DNA from: Deltaproteobacteria bacterium
GTDB taxonomy: Bacteria; Myxococcota; Kuafuiibacteriia; Kuafuiibacteriales; Kuafuiibacteriaceae
Length of the DNA stretch: 64,000 bases
Assembly (NCBI GenBank): GCA_040218735.1
Contig: JAVJQW010000017.1
Span: forward strand, 288,001 to 352,000
Direction of reading: 5' to 3'
Shown: piece after piece, positions 51,201 to 59,205 of the stretch
How positions within the stretch are numbered: the first letter of the stretch is position 1
Layout of the letters: every line of letters begins with the position of its first letter
Translations under genes and position numbers: made by a program
Notes under the pieces: generated by a model
What the model was told of the DNA's origin: nothing
Databases searched by the model: none
The model's input: only the letters and a program-made list of their open reading frames with translations

Positions 51201-51597
51201 TCCGATCCTCCAGGCGGGCTCGAAGCTCCCGATCACGATCGCGAAGTCGTACCCGACGACGAAGGACGGTCAGACCGACGTCGAGCTCAAGTTCTACCAG
51301 GGCGACGCCGAGTTCGTGCGAACCTGCACGTACCTCGGAGAGCTCACACTCACCGGCCTTCCGCGCGCGATGCGCGGTGAGGTGCGCATCGACCTCGAGC
51401 TGAGCGTCGCCGCGGACGGCATCTTGAGCATCCGGCTCGGCGAGAAGACCAACGGCGTGCAGAACCGGTTGCAGGTCGCGACCGCGCAGACGCCGCAGGA
51501 ACGCCGCCGCGCGTTGGCCGCACGCAAGCCGGCCGTCGCGCAGGAGCCCCCGCAGAAGACCGGCGGGTTCTTCAAGCGCCTCTTCGGCCGCAAGTAG
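45214..51597 (+). CDS. TIGR02266(PilZ-like)-acidic repeat-Hsp70-like fusion protein
   Basis: N-terminal DEFVNRYAENISSAGLFLRT...GMALRF; C-terminal VVGIDFG, VLAGSGG and TTKDGQTDVELKFYQG. The start could be 45202. Confidence 0.85.
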   Translation: MAQPSDTVSLRITLRYKDLDEFVNRYAENISSAGLFLRTKSPKATGTKIRFELLLANGSRALRGEGVVVTVREDDKPGMALRFKMLDADSQAVIDRIVAKHGQGTLAPTPLSTNLGRPSYGGAAARPTSTPNWRASSGWVSMSGGARVPGQSDRTQSGSGVLPRRPARTFEGQPTKPVPREPSGSKAIPRAPLPRSRSSVTRPWGSGDRRETTGRIRVSDFASAREDTGSLSKPKLPPIGDPGAATPEDDRTLRMDVDRLRAPSTRGDTTLDPPRGVGEAQVATDEFLSDTDSGAPFGEALRAPSDVDTEIPRPIDDTPTAEDDATRGDADTSVAEDDANTAAARDADAIAAAAAAEAVSVDVDAIAAAAAADAAANAEADAPNTDDLSAPVDAETSPDDAAEESPQVEVDPWADALGIPPTQPPAAADTYEDGAAPAEARSGLVSETEDAAGFTNDEATHLEAPAFDGDGRATDGAANDEAIDGAAPATDNTSDEATAISAAHETSTQDDATSAPAEATAVSAPTHEAQEADTRAEATAVSAMNDDAGRADHQVDDEAREAQHRSDRTLGDDAHRETSAEAAHDVSADAEHGAHETTGHAASAEHDADAYARDDGADAERDVREASADAEHDGREPSARAEHDDAEAGAYTENDGRDASARAEDAGRDASAGAEQHADEAGGYAEHDGRDASARVEHGDDVAGAYAEHDGRAHAEHERRDASGHAEHDGRDASGHAEHDGRDASGHAEHDDEVAGAHAHVSVRAEPPADEAGAYAEHEGGDVSARAVERADEADADAEHEGGDASADAAQRADEAGAYTEHDGRDASGYAEHDDRDAEYDGRDASGYAEHADRDAEYDGGDASARAEQHADEAGGHAEHDGRDASARAEQHADEAGAHAEHDGRDASAQAQHGDEAGAHAEHDGRDASAQAEHADEAGAYAEHDGRDASARAEQHGDEAGAYAEHDGRDASAYAEHADGDASAHDDAAHDPSAHAEPDDRELSAYAEHGDGDASGHDDAAHDPSAHAAPDDRELSADDREASTHAEHEHGPGEAGAHATDDAGRDPREAGVYAGYDDNEARAVAGRDAGEAGVYAEYDDREPGAGADAEDQDVDEARAADAEHVDGAAGHPRGASADAPGASAEQDTGDDHAEAAGEDFVAGDSTARDASEAAHDATVAEARAYSSETDGPDTTEHDASDDVVRAYADSDTQASIQAPLDDEATVAAQPEPEVDELESSFAEIGDELRRQVEEEDRLFDEGGEIDDEPTAHIPVSAGPTEDPSTDEMPSPLQGAAAFEDEPTAHILATDASPADPAEPKPDAAMDEGPTVHAEMDDAPTAFDDSASDRTAEEAPSQDFADGGETAALAPSPIPGGEQEDAETKVLVSNVDESDAVVPIPEQPLDEDATRLERPEDPAVRAYSEAPTHAEIQREAPAATPAEPYAEAATVAAPETQVIRNRKRPVADPERVSLDASTEIVKAHDAIAPRDGTPMYSTEVQVTGVDADAKPHEEVAPTRRRPSYRPVIERESSRPKNPEDMLRRAREAAFSEEATEVPPERTSDEQVAKRPVDETPKRPAPPTQVVRARGPQAPSRAQRVVGIDFGGQWVRMGVIENAELELIPAAASAYIPALVATRKDGSLVTGVKARALVLDDPRRGTSPRSVLQAIEKGKIPPGRASGLNVIGSEDGEVKLRLGDHVVDLQDVLVTYFTFLRDAIKQHLGTDTFSVAMLVPDRLDPSARKMLEAACKTSRLDVARFVEESQAMLSAYNLRERPMKSVLLIDVGMTHVGIQVAKRNAEKFDIVASRWDDKLSAGAFDDRVVQLTLDELEAQAGEDHQADRAARLRLKEAVEHARMDIRRAASVELKVTLPAPGGASGVVVERSIKLPRSRIYQVTEDVVLEICVAVQEVLRDAGIDPRNLDATVLAGSGGTFPPLIEALTNLTQQEPMHSIPPAHVFAMGLAKSSAAIERAEVAAQPNTLSASIGFGLPGGRFRPILQAGSKLPITIAKSYPTTKDGQTDVELKFYQGDAEFVRTCTYLGELTLTGLPRAMRGEVRIDLELSVAADGILSIRLGEKTNGVQNRLQVATAQTPQERRRALAARKPAVAQEPPQKTGGFFKRLFGRK
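46960..48590 (+). repeat. Coding tandem repeats of about 33/66 bp (AEHDGRDASAR / AEQHADEAGAY)
   Basis: GCGGAGCACGACGG(A/T)CGCGA(T/C)GCGAGC recurs many times. Confidence 0.9.
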
Positions 51598-51600
51598 GGA

Positions 51601-52959
51601 TCAGATCTCGACGATCGTGAGGGCGTCGCGAACGCTCGTCGCGGCGGCGCGCTCCAACAGCTCGTCGGCCGGCGACCGCCCGCGCTCCGCGCGCTCCACC
51701 AACGGCATCACACACTCGGCGCAGTCGGGCGCGCTCTTGTCGAGGCGTTCGTGAGCGCGCTTCGTGAGCCACTTGATCACGTCGCGCACGGGTCCGGCGG
51801 GTGAGTCGGCGTCGAGGGCGAGCGTCGCGATCTTCGGCTGGAGCTCGCGCGCCGCCTCGTAGTCGATCGCGGCGAGGCGCTCGTCGACCTCACGACGTGT
51901 GTCCTCGTCGTCGAGGAGCCCGCGCCAGAAGCCACCGATCGCGACCGCCTCCTCGGGCAGCACGCAGTCCGCGCCGCGCATCTCGACGTAGCCCTTCGTA
52001 CGGATCTCCGGGAAGAAGGTCGTCAGGTGATCGAGGAGGTCCGAGACCGTCACCGTCGTGCCCTGGAACCCGTCCTGCGCGTACGCGGCGAACGGCTTGT
52101 CGTCCGCGGGGACGAACTTGCCCTCGCGCATGAAGAACATCGGCGCTGCCTTCATCGCGCGCTCCATGTAGCGCCGCGGGCGGAGACCTTCGTCGTCGAA
52201 CATCTCCGGCCACAGGCCGCAGCGCTCGTCGTCGGTCTCGAGCCAGATCTGGTAGCGCACCGTCTTGAAGCCGTTCGGCTTGCCCTCGGTGAACGGCGAC
52301 GCCGCGACCAGCGCGCTCAGGAACGGCGACACCCGCGCGGCGGTCCGCACCTTGTCGACGAGGTTCTGCTCCGACTGGAAGTCGACCGTGCACTGCACGC
52401 TCCCGGTCAGGTGCATCATGTCGAGCGCGCGCGCGCCGCGCGGTCCGAGGTAGCGGCGCATCATGTCGTAGCGCGGCTTCGGCATGCGCGGCGCGGTGTC
52501 GCGGTTGACGAACGGCTGCTGGCCCATCGCGAGGAACCGCACGCCGATCTCGTCGCCGGCGGTGTGCAGCGCGGTCGAGTACTCCAGCACCTCGGCCTTC
52601 ATCTTTTGAAGCGAACGGTGCGGGCGCGACGCGAACTCGAGCTGCCCGCCCGGCTCCAACGAGATGATCTGTCCGTCACCCTCCAAACCCACGAGCGCGC
52701 CGTCCGCCTCCTCGACGCGCTCCATCGAGCGACGCTCGCCGAGCTTCTCCAGGATCTGGGCGATCTGCGCGTGGGTCGCGGGCATCCCGTCCGACAGCTG
52801 CAGGGAGAGGAGCTCGAGCTCCATGCCCAGGTACCACTGGGTCTCGGGCTTGGCGGCCGAGAGGAACAGCTTCTCGAGCTCCGCCGGCGCGGCGTCACGC
52901 ACCGGGCGAGAGAGCAGCGCGCGCTCCTCCTCGTCCGACAGCACCATGGGCTTGGACAT
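51601..52959 (-). CDS. gshA: Glutamate--cysteine ligase (GCS2 family)
   Basis: LGMELE, ISLEPGGQLEF, MPKPRY, SPFTEGKPNG, HLTTFFPEIR and EMRGAD motifs. Confidence 0.88.
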   Translation of the reverse strand: MSKPMVLSDEEERALLSRPVRDAAPAELEKLFLSAAKPETQWYLGMELELLSLQLSDGMPATHAQIAQILEKLGERRSMERVEEADGALVGLEGDGQIISLEPGGQLEFASRPHRSLQKMKAEVLEYSTALHTAGDEIGVRFLAMGQQPFVNRDTAPRMPKPRYDMMRRYLGPRGARALDMMHLTGSVQCTVDFQSEQNLVDKVRTAARVSPFLSALVAASPFTEGKPNGFKTVRYQIWLETDDERCGLWPEMFDDEGLRPRRYMERAMKAAPMFFMREGKFVPADDKPFAAYAQDGFQGTTVTVSDLLDHLTTFFPEIRTKGYVEMRGADCVLPEEAVAIGGFWRGLLDDEDTRREVDERLAAIDYEAARELQPKIATLALDADSPAGPVRDVIKWLTKRAHERLDKSAPDCAECVMPLVERAERGRSPADELLERAAATSVRDALTIVEI

Positions 52960-52983
52960 GCCTTCGTTGGACCAACTTTTTTC

Positions 52984-53994
52984 CTACGGAGCAAGCGAGA
53001 CCGAACGGGTGAGGGCTTTTGCGCGACGGACCGAAAACGGCTGCCGACCGTAGTGCGTGTCGTCCATCCGCTGGATCGCGACCTCCGCCCACGCGGTGTG
53101 GATCATCCAGTCGTCCGCGTCGAAGACACCCTTCTCCCCGGCGTCCGCGTAGAACGCGCCGACGTGCCCGTCGAAGATGATCCAGTCCCCGGGACGGAGC
53201 CCGCCCTCCCCGACCGCGATCGGCTCGCCATCGGCGTCGACGTAGACCTTCCCGCGTCGGGCTTCGACCGGTCCGACCACCGCGCGACTGTGGGGTCCCA
53301 TCGTGCGACTCGATACGTACGGCACGTCGTGCCCCATTCGACGCAGGCCGTAGACCATGAGGTCCGCGCAATCGACGCCGACCCCGCGCTCGGCCTGGTG
53401 CAGCTCGCGCCCGATGTTCGCGCTGCCGAACACGTACGGGACGTTGCCGAGCTCGGTGAGGTAGCCGAGGTAGTCGTTCGAGCGGCGCAACGTCACCCGG
53501 CGCGCGTCCTTCGCCGCCGGGACGCCGCCGTCGTACGCGCCATCGGGCGCGGCCGAGGTGTGCTCCGAACCGTCGGCGAGGGTCACGCGCACGGCGTAGC
53601 GCATCGTCCCGCCGACGCCGATCCCCGCGCGCTGCAGCGGCGCGTGGTCGGCGCGAATCGACGGCGCTCGGTCCGCGATGGTGCGTGACGCGTACGCGAT
53701 CGGCGCGACCTTGAATCCACCCGACGGCACGTTGTTGTACCAGGGCTTCGTCGGCTCGATCTTCGACCACCGCGTCCGCACGTCATCGGGGATCGGCGCC
53801 ACGCGGCAACGTGTCTTCGGCTTCGGTGCGTTTGTGTAGAGTGTGCACCGGCGACCGCGGCGCGCGACGATCGCGGCGTGCAGCATGACTTCGTCCGACG
53901 CCTTCGCGAAGACGTCCTTCGCCTCCGCCGGGCCACCGTTGACGGCGGCGAGCACGAGGATCTCGGCGACGTGTTTCGCGAGCAGCGCGGTCAT
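52984..53994 (-). CDS. NlpC/P60-like papain-fold protein
   Basis: VPYVFG, GVDCADL, LRPGDWIIF, GHVG and MIHT motifs. Confidence 0.65.
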   Translation of the reverse strand: MTALLAKHVAEILVLAAVNGGPAEAKDVFAKASDEVMLHAAIVARRGRRCTLYTNAPKPKTRCRVAPIPDDVRTRWSKIEPTKPWYNNVPSGGFKVAPIAYASRTIADRAPSIRADHAPLQRAGIGVGGTMRYAVRVTLADGSEHTSAAPDGAYDGGVPAAKDARRVTLRRSNDYLGYLTELGNVPYVFGSANIGRELHQAERGVGVDCADLMVYGLRRMGHDVPYVSSRTMGPHSRAVVGPVEARRGKVYVDADGEPIAVGEGGLRPGDWIIFDGHVGAFYADAGEKGVFDADDWMIHTAWAEVAIQRMDDTHYGRQPFSVRRAKALTRSVSLAP

Positions 53995-54515
53995 GGCAGC
54001 ACCACGATCTCGTCACCCACGCGGACCTGCGCGTAGAGCCATTCGATCTCCTCGTCCGAGATCGCGATGCAGCCGAGCGTCCAGTCGCTCCCACCACCGC
54101 CACCGTGTACGCCGACGAGGCCGCCGAGCCCGGTGTACTGGGGGGGCTTCTTCTTGTTGGCGGCGGCGCGTTCGATCTGACGGAGCACCTTCTTGCTGAT
54201 GCGCCCGTCGGCGTGGGCCTTTCGCGCGTGGCGCGGCATCGGATAGGACAGGCCGAAGAACCGGTGGAACTGCGAGCCCGGGTTCTTCCACGCGACGTAG
54301 TAGCGGCCCTCGGGGGTGCGGCCGTCGCCCTCGATCGTCTTGTCCTTTTCGGGCGCGAAGCCGAGGCCGACGCGGAAGGTGCGCACGACGCGACCGTCGA
54401 CCTCCAGGGTGAGCTTGCGTTTTGCCTTCTCGATCTTCACCACGTGGCGCGGGCGGGCCTCGGCGGTGGAGGCGATGGCCAACGAGGCGAACAACAGCAA
54501 CAGCGTTCTCGACAT
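53991..54515 (-). CDS. L,D-transpeptidase (YkuD family)
   Basis: GDGRTPEGRY, LSYP and GVHGG...WTLGCIA motifs; signal peptide. Confidence 0.9.
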   Translation of the reverse strand: MSRTLLLLFASLAIASTAEARPRHVVKIEKAKRKLTLEVDGRVVRTFRVGLGFAPEKDKTIEGDGRTPEGRYYVAWKNPGSQFHRFFGLSYPMPRHARKAHADGRISKKVLRQIERAAANKKKPPQYTGLGGLVGVHGGGGGSDWTLGCIAISDEEIEWLYAQVRVGDEIVVLP

Positions 54516-54634
54516 GCCCTTGGAACAACGCAACGTACGTGCCACGGACATCCTATCGGTTCCGCGAGGACGGCGCCGTGGCGCACGTCGCACGCGCGCG
54601 AACGACGATCACTTTCTGTACAGGGGGAGCGCGA

Positions 54635-55381
54635 TCACACGGGCGTGCGGTCTTCGGTCTTGGCGTACAGGCGCGAGGCGCCGACGACCGCGCTGGGGAT
54701 CGCGATGAGGCCGAGGAACGGCACGAACATCGACAGCGAGATCACCGCGCCGGTACCGAGTGTGATCCACAGGTACCTGAGGAACCACTTCACCCGCTGC
54801 CCGCCGGAGTGCCCGGTCATGAGGAGCGCCGAGTTGAGCGCGCTCGAGCCGAGGCCGAACCACGCGATGAGGAGGCCGACGATCCAGAACGCGATGCCGA
54901 CGACCGGGATGAGGCTGAGCCCCCAGCACACGACCGCGGGGACGGCGAGGACCAAGCCGCGCACGAGGTCCGGCACAGCGCCCTTCACGAAGCCGGGGTC
55001 CTTCCACGCGATGTGCTCTTCGTCGAGCATGTAGGCGGCCATCTTGTCGTAGAACGGGCCCCCCACCAGCTCGACGATCGCGGTGAACAGGACGGCGGCG
55101 AGCGCGAGGAGCCCCAGCACGAGGATCACGACCGACAGCCACCACAGGTAGACCATCCAGTCGTCGGGTTTGAAGCGTTCCAGGAGGCGCGGCGTGAAGT
55201 AGATGATGCCGCCGGTGAGGACCGTGTAGACCAGCGTAGTCAGGCCCAGCGGGATGACGGCGAGCCCGCGGAGCTTGCTGTCGCCGAGGATCCGCTTGAG
55301 CCCCCAGAAGACGGCGCCGCCGCCGACGAAGAATCCGGAGATGCCGCGGCGGAAGCCGCGATCGACTAGGGGGCTCGCCAT
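54635..55381 (-). CDS. EI24/CysZ-like membrane protein
   Basis: Multi-TM protein with VGGPFYDKMA, SLIPVVG and VPFLGL motifs. Confidence 0.75.
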   Translation of the reverse strand: MASPLVDRGFRRGISGFFVGGGAVFWGLKRILGDSKLRGLAVIPLGLTTLVYTVLTGGIIYFTPRLLERFKPDDWMVYLWWLSVVILVLGLLALAAVLFTAIVELVGGPFYDKMAAYMLDEEHIAWKDPGFVKGAVPDLVRGLVLAVPAVVCWGLSLIPVVGIAFWIVGLLIAWFGLGSSALNSALLMTGHSGGQRVKWFLRYLWITLGTGAVISLSMFVPFLGLIAIPSAVVGASRLYAKTEDRTPV

Positions 55382-55497
55382 CGCTTCGAACAGCCTCGGC
55401 ACGTCACCGAGGACGTCCAGCGGGTAGCACGTCCGCGTGCGCCAACGCACGCCCGAATCCTTGCCTTGGCCCCCAAAAGGCGGTTTGAGTCGGCGAT

Positions 55498-58400
55498 ATG
55501 CGTATCTTGGCGCCGTTCCTGGCGCTCACGCTGTCGGCGGGTGCGGCCTCCGACGCCGCGAAGACCGCCGCGCTCCCCGGGCCGAAGCCCGCGCCCGACG
55601 CGCGACGTTGGGTCGGCGCCGACGGCGTCATGAAGCGCCTCGCGGAGCAGGCCGAAGCGGCGGCGAAGCGGGCCGACGACACGGCGCTCGCGCGGCTCTA
55701 CCGGCTGACGAACATCGAACGCCTGGTGCACCGCCCCGAGATCGTGCGGCCTGCGCTCGACGTCATCGCGAAGACCCGCGACCCGCTCGTCCGAGACCAC
55801 GCGCAATACCTCATCGCGCGCGATGATCGTCGCCGCGGCGAGCTCGAAGTTTCGCGCAAGACGATCGCCGAGCTCGGCTTCCTCACCGGAGGGCTGCTCA
55901 TCGGCCCGTTCGACAACGCCACCGGCCGCGGACACGACGAGATCTACGCGCCGGAGATCTCGTTCGACACGCCCGTCCGCGGGAAGTCACACGCCGTCGC
56001 CTGGAACGCGCTCGAAGGTCTCGTGCCCGACGGTCACGTCGAGCTCGCCCGCCTCGTGAGCCCGAGCAACGAAGCCACCGCGTACGTAGCCGCCGTCCTC
56101 GAGTCGAAGCGACGGACGAAGATCGCGCTGCGCACGGGTTCGATCGATCAACTGCGCGTCTTCGTGAACGGGCTGGAGGTCTACGCGATCGACACCCGCC
56201 GCGACGCCCACCCGGACCAGGACGCCATCCCCGTCGAGCTCGTCGCGGGCGACAACCTCGTGCTGTTCAAGTCGTCGTGGGTCGCGGAGTCAGGGCGCCT
56301 GTTCGCGCGCGCGACCGCGCCGCGGGGTGGCGCCGCCGCGGGGGTGAGCTGGGTCTACGATCGCGAGCGCATCGCCGCCGCGTACCAGCGCGCGAAGGAC
56401 GCACCGGCGACGAAGAAGGCGACCCACGCCGTCGTCGGTGTCACCGACGGCATCCAGCGCGCGGTCGAGCGAGCGCGGCGCGGCCAGGAGGGTGACACCC
56501 TCGCGCTGCGCGCCGACCTCTACGCGATCACTTCGTCGTTCGATCGCCGCAAGCTCCCGACGCCGCCCGAATCCGACCTCGAGTCGGCACTCCGGTTGCT
56601 GCCCGAGGACCCGATGGTTCGCTTCTTCTACGCACACCGCGTGCGCGCGCGGGATCCCAACCTCGCGCTTCACCAGTGGGAGGCGACGCTCGAATCGGAT
56701 CCGAAGTTCGTCCCCGCGCTGCTCGAGCTCGCGGACGCCGCGCGACGCTCGGGTCGGGTCCTCGAAGCCCACGCGCGCATCGAGGCGGCGATCGCGGCGG
56801 ACCCGACGTTGACGGCGTCGCACGTCGCCCGCGCCCAGCTCGGCAACGACGCGCTCGACGAGGGGCCCGCCGCGCTGCTCCGGTTGCGAGAGGCGCCGGG
56901 GTTCGATCGCACGCCGGGTGCGCTCGTCGACGCCGCACGGATGGCGCGCGCGCAGGGGGATCGGAACGCCGCGCGGCGAGACGTGCGTCGCGCCCTCGCG
57001 TTGGATCGCGACCGCCCGACGGCGCGCCTAATGGCGGTGAACCTCGCGCTCGACACGGCGGAGGTGGACGACGCGCTCGAACACCTCGGCCAAGCGATTC
57101 AGCTGAGGCCGTTCTCGGTGCACCTCGTCCTCCAGCGCGCGCGGATCCTCGCGGGTCGTAACGCGCTCGACGAGGCGCTCGCGCAGATCGCGGCCGCGAA
57201 GCGCATCGCGCCCGACGACCCGACCTCGTTCTCGCTCGAAGCCGAGCTGCTGCTCCTCTCGGGCAAGAAGGAGGCGGCGATCGCCGCGTACGACGAGGCG
57301 CTCGCCCGCGACCCGCAGCAACCGGACGTCCGTCGCCACCGGCGCGCGCTCTCCGGACAACGCGACGAGCTCGAGGACGAGTTCACGGCCGACGCGAAGA
57401 AGCTCCTCACCGCGCCGGTCTCGGAGGAGGAGAAGCAGTGGGGCGCGGCCTACCTGTTGGACCGCAAAGCGGTGCGGCTGTTCGAGAACGGCAAGAGCAC
57501 CAAGTTCGCGCAGTACGTCATCCGCCTCACGAACCCGCGCCTCGAAGACGCGCTCCGCGCGCAGCAGATCCCGTACTCACCGAGCCGCGAGGTGGTGGAG
57601 GTGTTGTCGGCGGAGCGGCTGCGTCCGTCCGGGGAGATCGAGAAGGCGGCGACGATTCGCGACACGGGTCCGAGCGGGAAGGTGTCCGGGATGTACATCG
57701 ACCAGCGGAGCAAGACGATCGTCTTCAACGATCTCGCCGCCGGTGACCTCGTGCACGTGCGCTATCGGATCGACTCGATCGGCGAGAACATCTTCGGCGG
57801 GTTCTTCGGCGACGTGGAGGCGGTGCAGGCCGGCGTTCCGAAGCGCGACGTCGAGTACACGGTCATCACGCCGAAGTCGCGACCGCTGTACGCGGCGTCG
57901 ATCCGAACGAAGGACCCCATCGTCGAGGAGCGCGGAGATCGGACGTACATGACGTGGAAGTACGCGACCGTCGACGCGCTCGACATCGAGCCGTACGCAC
58001 CGCCCTACCCGCAGCTCGGCTCGATGGTCAGCGTGAGCACCTACGAGAACTGGGCGGCGCTCGGGAAGTGGTACGCGCGGCTGTTCTCGGATCAGCTCGA
58101 GCTCGACAAGGCGGCGCGCGACGCGGGCAAGCGCGCGGTGAAGGGCGCCAAGACCGACGAAGAGAAGATTCGGCGGCTCTACGACTACGTCGTGAAGAAC
58201 ACCCGCTACGTCGGCATCGAGCTCGGCATCCACGGGTGGAAGCCGTACAAGGCGTCGGAGGTGCACCGGCGCCGCTACGGCGACTGCAAGGACAAGGCGA
58301 CCCTGCTGTCCGCGCTCCTGCGCGACAACGGCGTGGACGCGACGATCACGCTGGTGCGCACTTCGGACCGCGGCGTGCTCCCGGAAGACCACGCGACGAT

Positions 58401-59205
58401 GTGGGCGTTCAACCACGCCATCACGTACATCCCTTCGCAGAAGCTGTTCCTCGATCCCACCGCCGAGTTCTCGGGCTCGACGGAGCTGCCGTACCAGGAC
58501 CAGGACGCGATGGCGCTCATCGTCCACCCGAACGGCGACACGAAGCTCGTCCGCATCCCGAAGAGCGGCCCGAAGGACAACCGCAACGAGTCGCAGTACG
58601 TCGCGAAGATCGGGCGCGACACGAGCCTGACGATGACCGGTGAGGAGCGCTTCTTCGGCGCGCGCGCTTCGCAGCTTCGGCAGGAGCTCGAGGAGCAGAA
58701 GACCCGCAAGACGATCCTCGAACGTCAGCTCGGTCAGATCCTCGCGGGCGCGAAGATCACCTCGCTCGACTTCTCGGACCTGTCGGACATCGAGGCCCCC
58801 GTGAAGTACGACTACAGCTTCACGGTGCCGAACTACGGGCGCGTCGACCAGGGGCGCCTGCTGCTGCCGGTCGCGCTGTACCAACACCAGGTCGCGACCG
58901 CGTACGCGCAGCTCGCGGAGCGGAAGACGGCGCTGCACATCAACCACCCGTGGACGACGACGAACGAGATTCGCTACGTGCTGCCCGAGGGGTCCACGGT
59001 GGAACAGCTGCCGGAGGGGGTCACGATCGAGTCGAAGCACGTGTCGCTCGTGCAGGTCGTGGAGAAGACGCCGGACGGGTTCCTCACGCGTGACACCGTG
59101 TCGCTGAAGACGAAGACGATCCCGCCCGAAGACTACGGCGAGTTCCGCAACACCTGCCTGGCGATCGACCGGGCGCTCGAGCGAGGGGTGGTGATCAAGC
59201 TATGA
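55498..59205 (+). CDS. TPR + DUF3857 + transglutaminase-like protein
   Basis: RYVGIELG, YGDCKDKA, FNHAI and FLDPT (catalytic triad); signal peptide and TPRs. Confidence 0.88.
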   Translation: MRILAPFLALTLSAGAASDAAKTAALPGPKPAPDARRWVGADGVMKRLAEQAEAAAKRADDTALARLYRLTNIERLVHRPEIVRPALDVIAKTRDPLVRDHAQYLIARDDRRRGELEVSRKTIAELGFLTGGLLIGPFDNATGRGHDEIYAPEISFDTPVRGKSHAVAWNALEGLVPDGHVELARLVSPSNEATAYVAAVLESKRRTKIALRTGSIDQLRVFVNGLEVYAIDTRRDAHPDQDAIPVELVAGDNLVLFKSSWVAESGRLFARATAPRGGAAAGVSWVYDRERIAAAYQRAKDAPATKKATHAVVGVTDGIQRAVERARRGQEGDTLALRADLYAITSSFDRRKLPTPPESDLESALRLLPEDPMVRFFYAHRVRARDPNLALHQWEATLESDPKFVPALLELADAARRSGRVLEAHARIEAAIAADPTLTASHVARAQLGNDALDEGPAALLRLREAPGFDRTPGALVDAARMARAQGDRNAARRDVRRALALDRDRPTARLMAVNLALDTAEVDDALEHLGQAIQLRPFSVHLVLQRARILAGRNALDEALAQIAAAKRIAPDDPTSFSLEAELLLLSGKKEAAIAAYDEALARDPQQPDVRRHRRALSGQRDELEDEFTADAKKLLTAPVSEEEKQWGAAYLLDRKAVRLFENGKSTKFAQYVIRLTNPRLEDALRAQQIPYSPSREVVEVLSAERLRPSGEIEKAATIRDTGPSGKVSGMYIDQRSKTIVFNDLAAGDLVHVRYRIDSIGENIFGGFFGDVEAVQAGVPKRDVEYTVITPKSRPLYAASIRTKDPIVEERGDRTYMTWKYATVDALDIEPYAPPYPQLGSMVSVSTYENWAALGKWYARLFSDQLELDKAARDAGKRAVKGAKTDEEKIRRLYDYVVKNTRYVGIELGIHGWKPYKASEVHRRRYGDCKDKATLLSALLRDNGVDATITLVRTSDRGVLPEDHATMWAFNHAITYIPSQKLFLDPTAEFSGSTELPYQDQDAMALIVHPNGDTKLVRIPKSGPKDNRNESQYVAKIGRDTSLTMTGEERFFGARASQLRQELEEQKTRKTILERQLGQILAGAKITSLDFSDLSDIEAPVKYDYSFTVPNYGRVDQGRLLLPVALYQHQVATAYAQLAERKTALHINHPWTTTNEIRYVLPEGSTVEQLPEGVTIESKHVSLVQVVEKTPDGFLTRDTVSLKTKTIPPEDYGEFRNTCLAIDRALERGVVIKL

